Below are positions 63,648 to 64,000 of a stretch of 64,000 bases of DNA, one piece after another. This stretch comes from Camelus ferus. Its lineage: Eukaryota. How positions within the stretch are numbered: the first letter of the stretch is position 1; the number at the start of each line of letters is the position of its first letter. Under the pieces are notes generated by a model that worked only from the letters and a program-made list of their open reading frames with translations, had not been told where the DNA came from and searched no databases. Location of the stretch: the NCBI RefSeq assembly GCF_009834535.1, contig NC_045697.1, positions 16,804,001-16,868,000 on the forward strand. The letters run 5' to 3'. The position numbers and the translations under genes were made by a program.

Positions 63648-63869
63648 CAAGTTGGTAAACTACAGCCCGAGGGCCAAGTCCAGCCCACCATCTGTGTTAG
63701 GAAACAAAAGTTTTATTGGACCACAGTCATGCCCAGTTGCTTGTAGATCACCTACGGCTGCTTTCACACTACAAGGGCAGAGGTGGGTGGTTGAGACAGA
63801 AACTGGATGGCCTGCAAAATTAACATATTTACTCTCTGGTCCTTTTAAGAAAAAGTTTGCTAACCTCTG
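63648..63869 (-). mobile_element. MER58A hAT-Charlie element
   Basis: ggtaaactacagcccgagggccaagtccagccc..aaagttttattgga..atatttactctctggtcctttt..aaagtttgctaacctctg. Confidence 0.9.
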
Positions 63870-63889
63870 ATCTATAAAGTCAAACAAAT

Positions 63890-64000
63890 CTTACTTTTTC
63901 TGAGTCACATATGCTCTGTTTCTTCAGTTGCAAATAAGTCATATTTCATCACATCATTTCAAAAATGAAAGAACTAGATTATGTGAAGCACCTAGCACAA
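63890..64000 (+). mobile_element. MIR fragment (runs off the window)
   Basis: ctctgtttcttcagttgcaaa ... atgtgaagcacctagcaca. Confidence 0.55.

Noticed and set aside
1..64000. CRISPR arrays, operons, intact retroelements, rRNA, processed pseudogenes, known miRNAs, and a host gene symbol
   Set aside because: None seen. The candidate exons did not match any gene I could recall reliably, so no symbol is given.

Overview
This is mammalian genomic DNA, most likely camelid, judging from a tRNA-Ala-derived SINE of the camelid type and artiodactyl-type L1 3' ends. It is almost entirely non-coding and dense in old interspersed repeats: MIR, L2, L1M, hAT DNA transposons, and MaLR/ERVL LTRs. No ORF in the supplied track looks like a real protein. 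Splice signals suggest the window lies in the long introns of an unidentified minus-strand gene. The evidence is a 29-nt micro-exon (59576-59548) with an 80-nt AG-free pyrimidine tract and twin donors, a 66-nt exon (53699-53634) rich in short upstream ORFs, and a probable internal first exon ending at a perfect donor at 5557, next to a (TG)29(CG)3 tract. Several repeat-free segments look like enhancers. I could not name the host gene and see no confirmed novel system. The best leads are the splicing/uORF architecture and a possible myristoylated alternative N-terminus. Repeat family names and boundaries were recognised by eye and are approximate.
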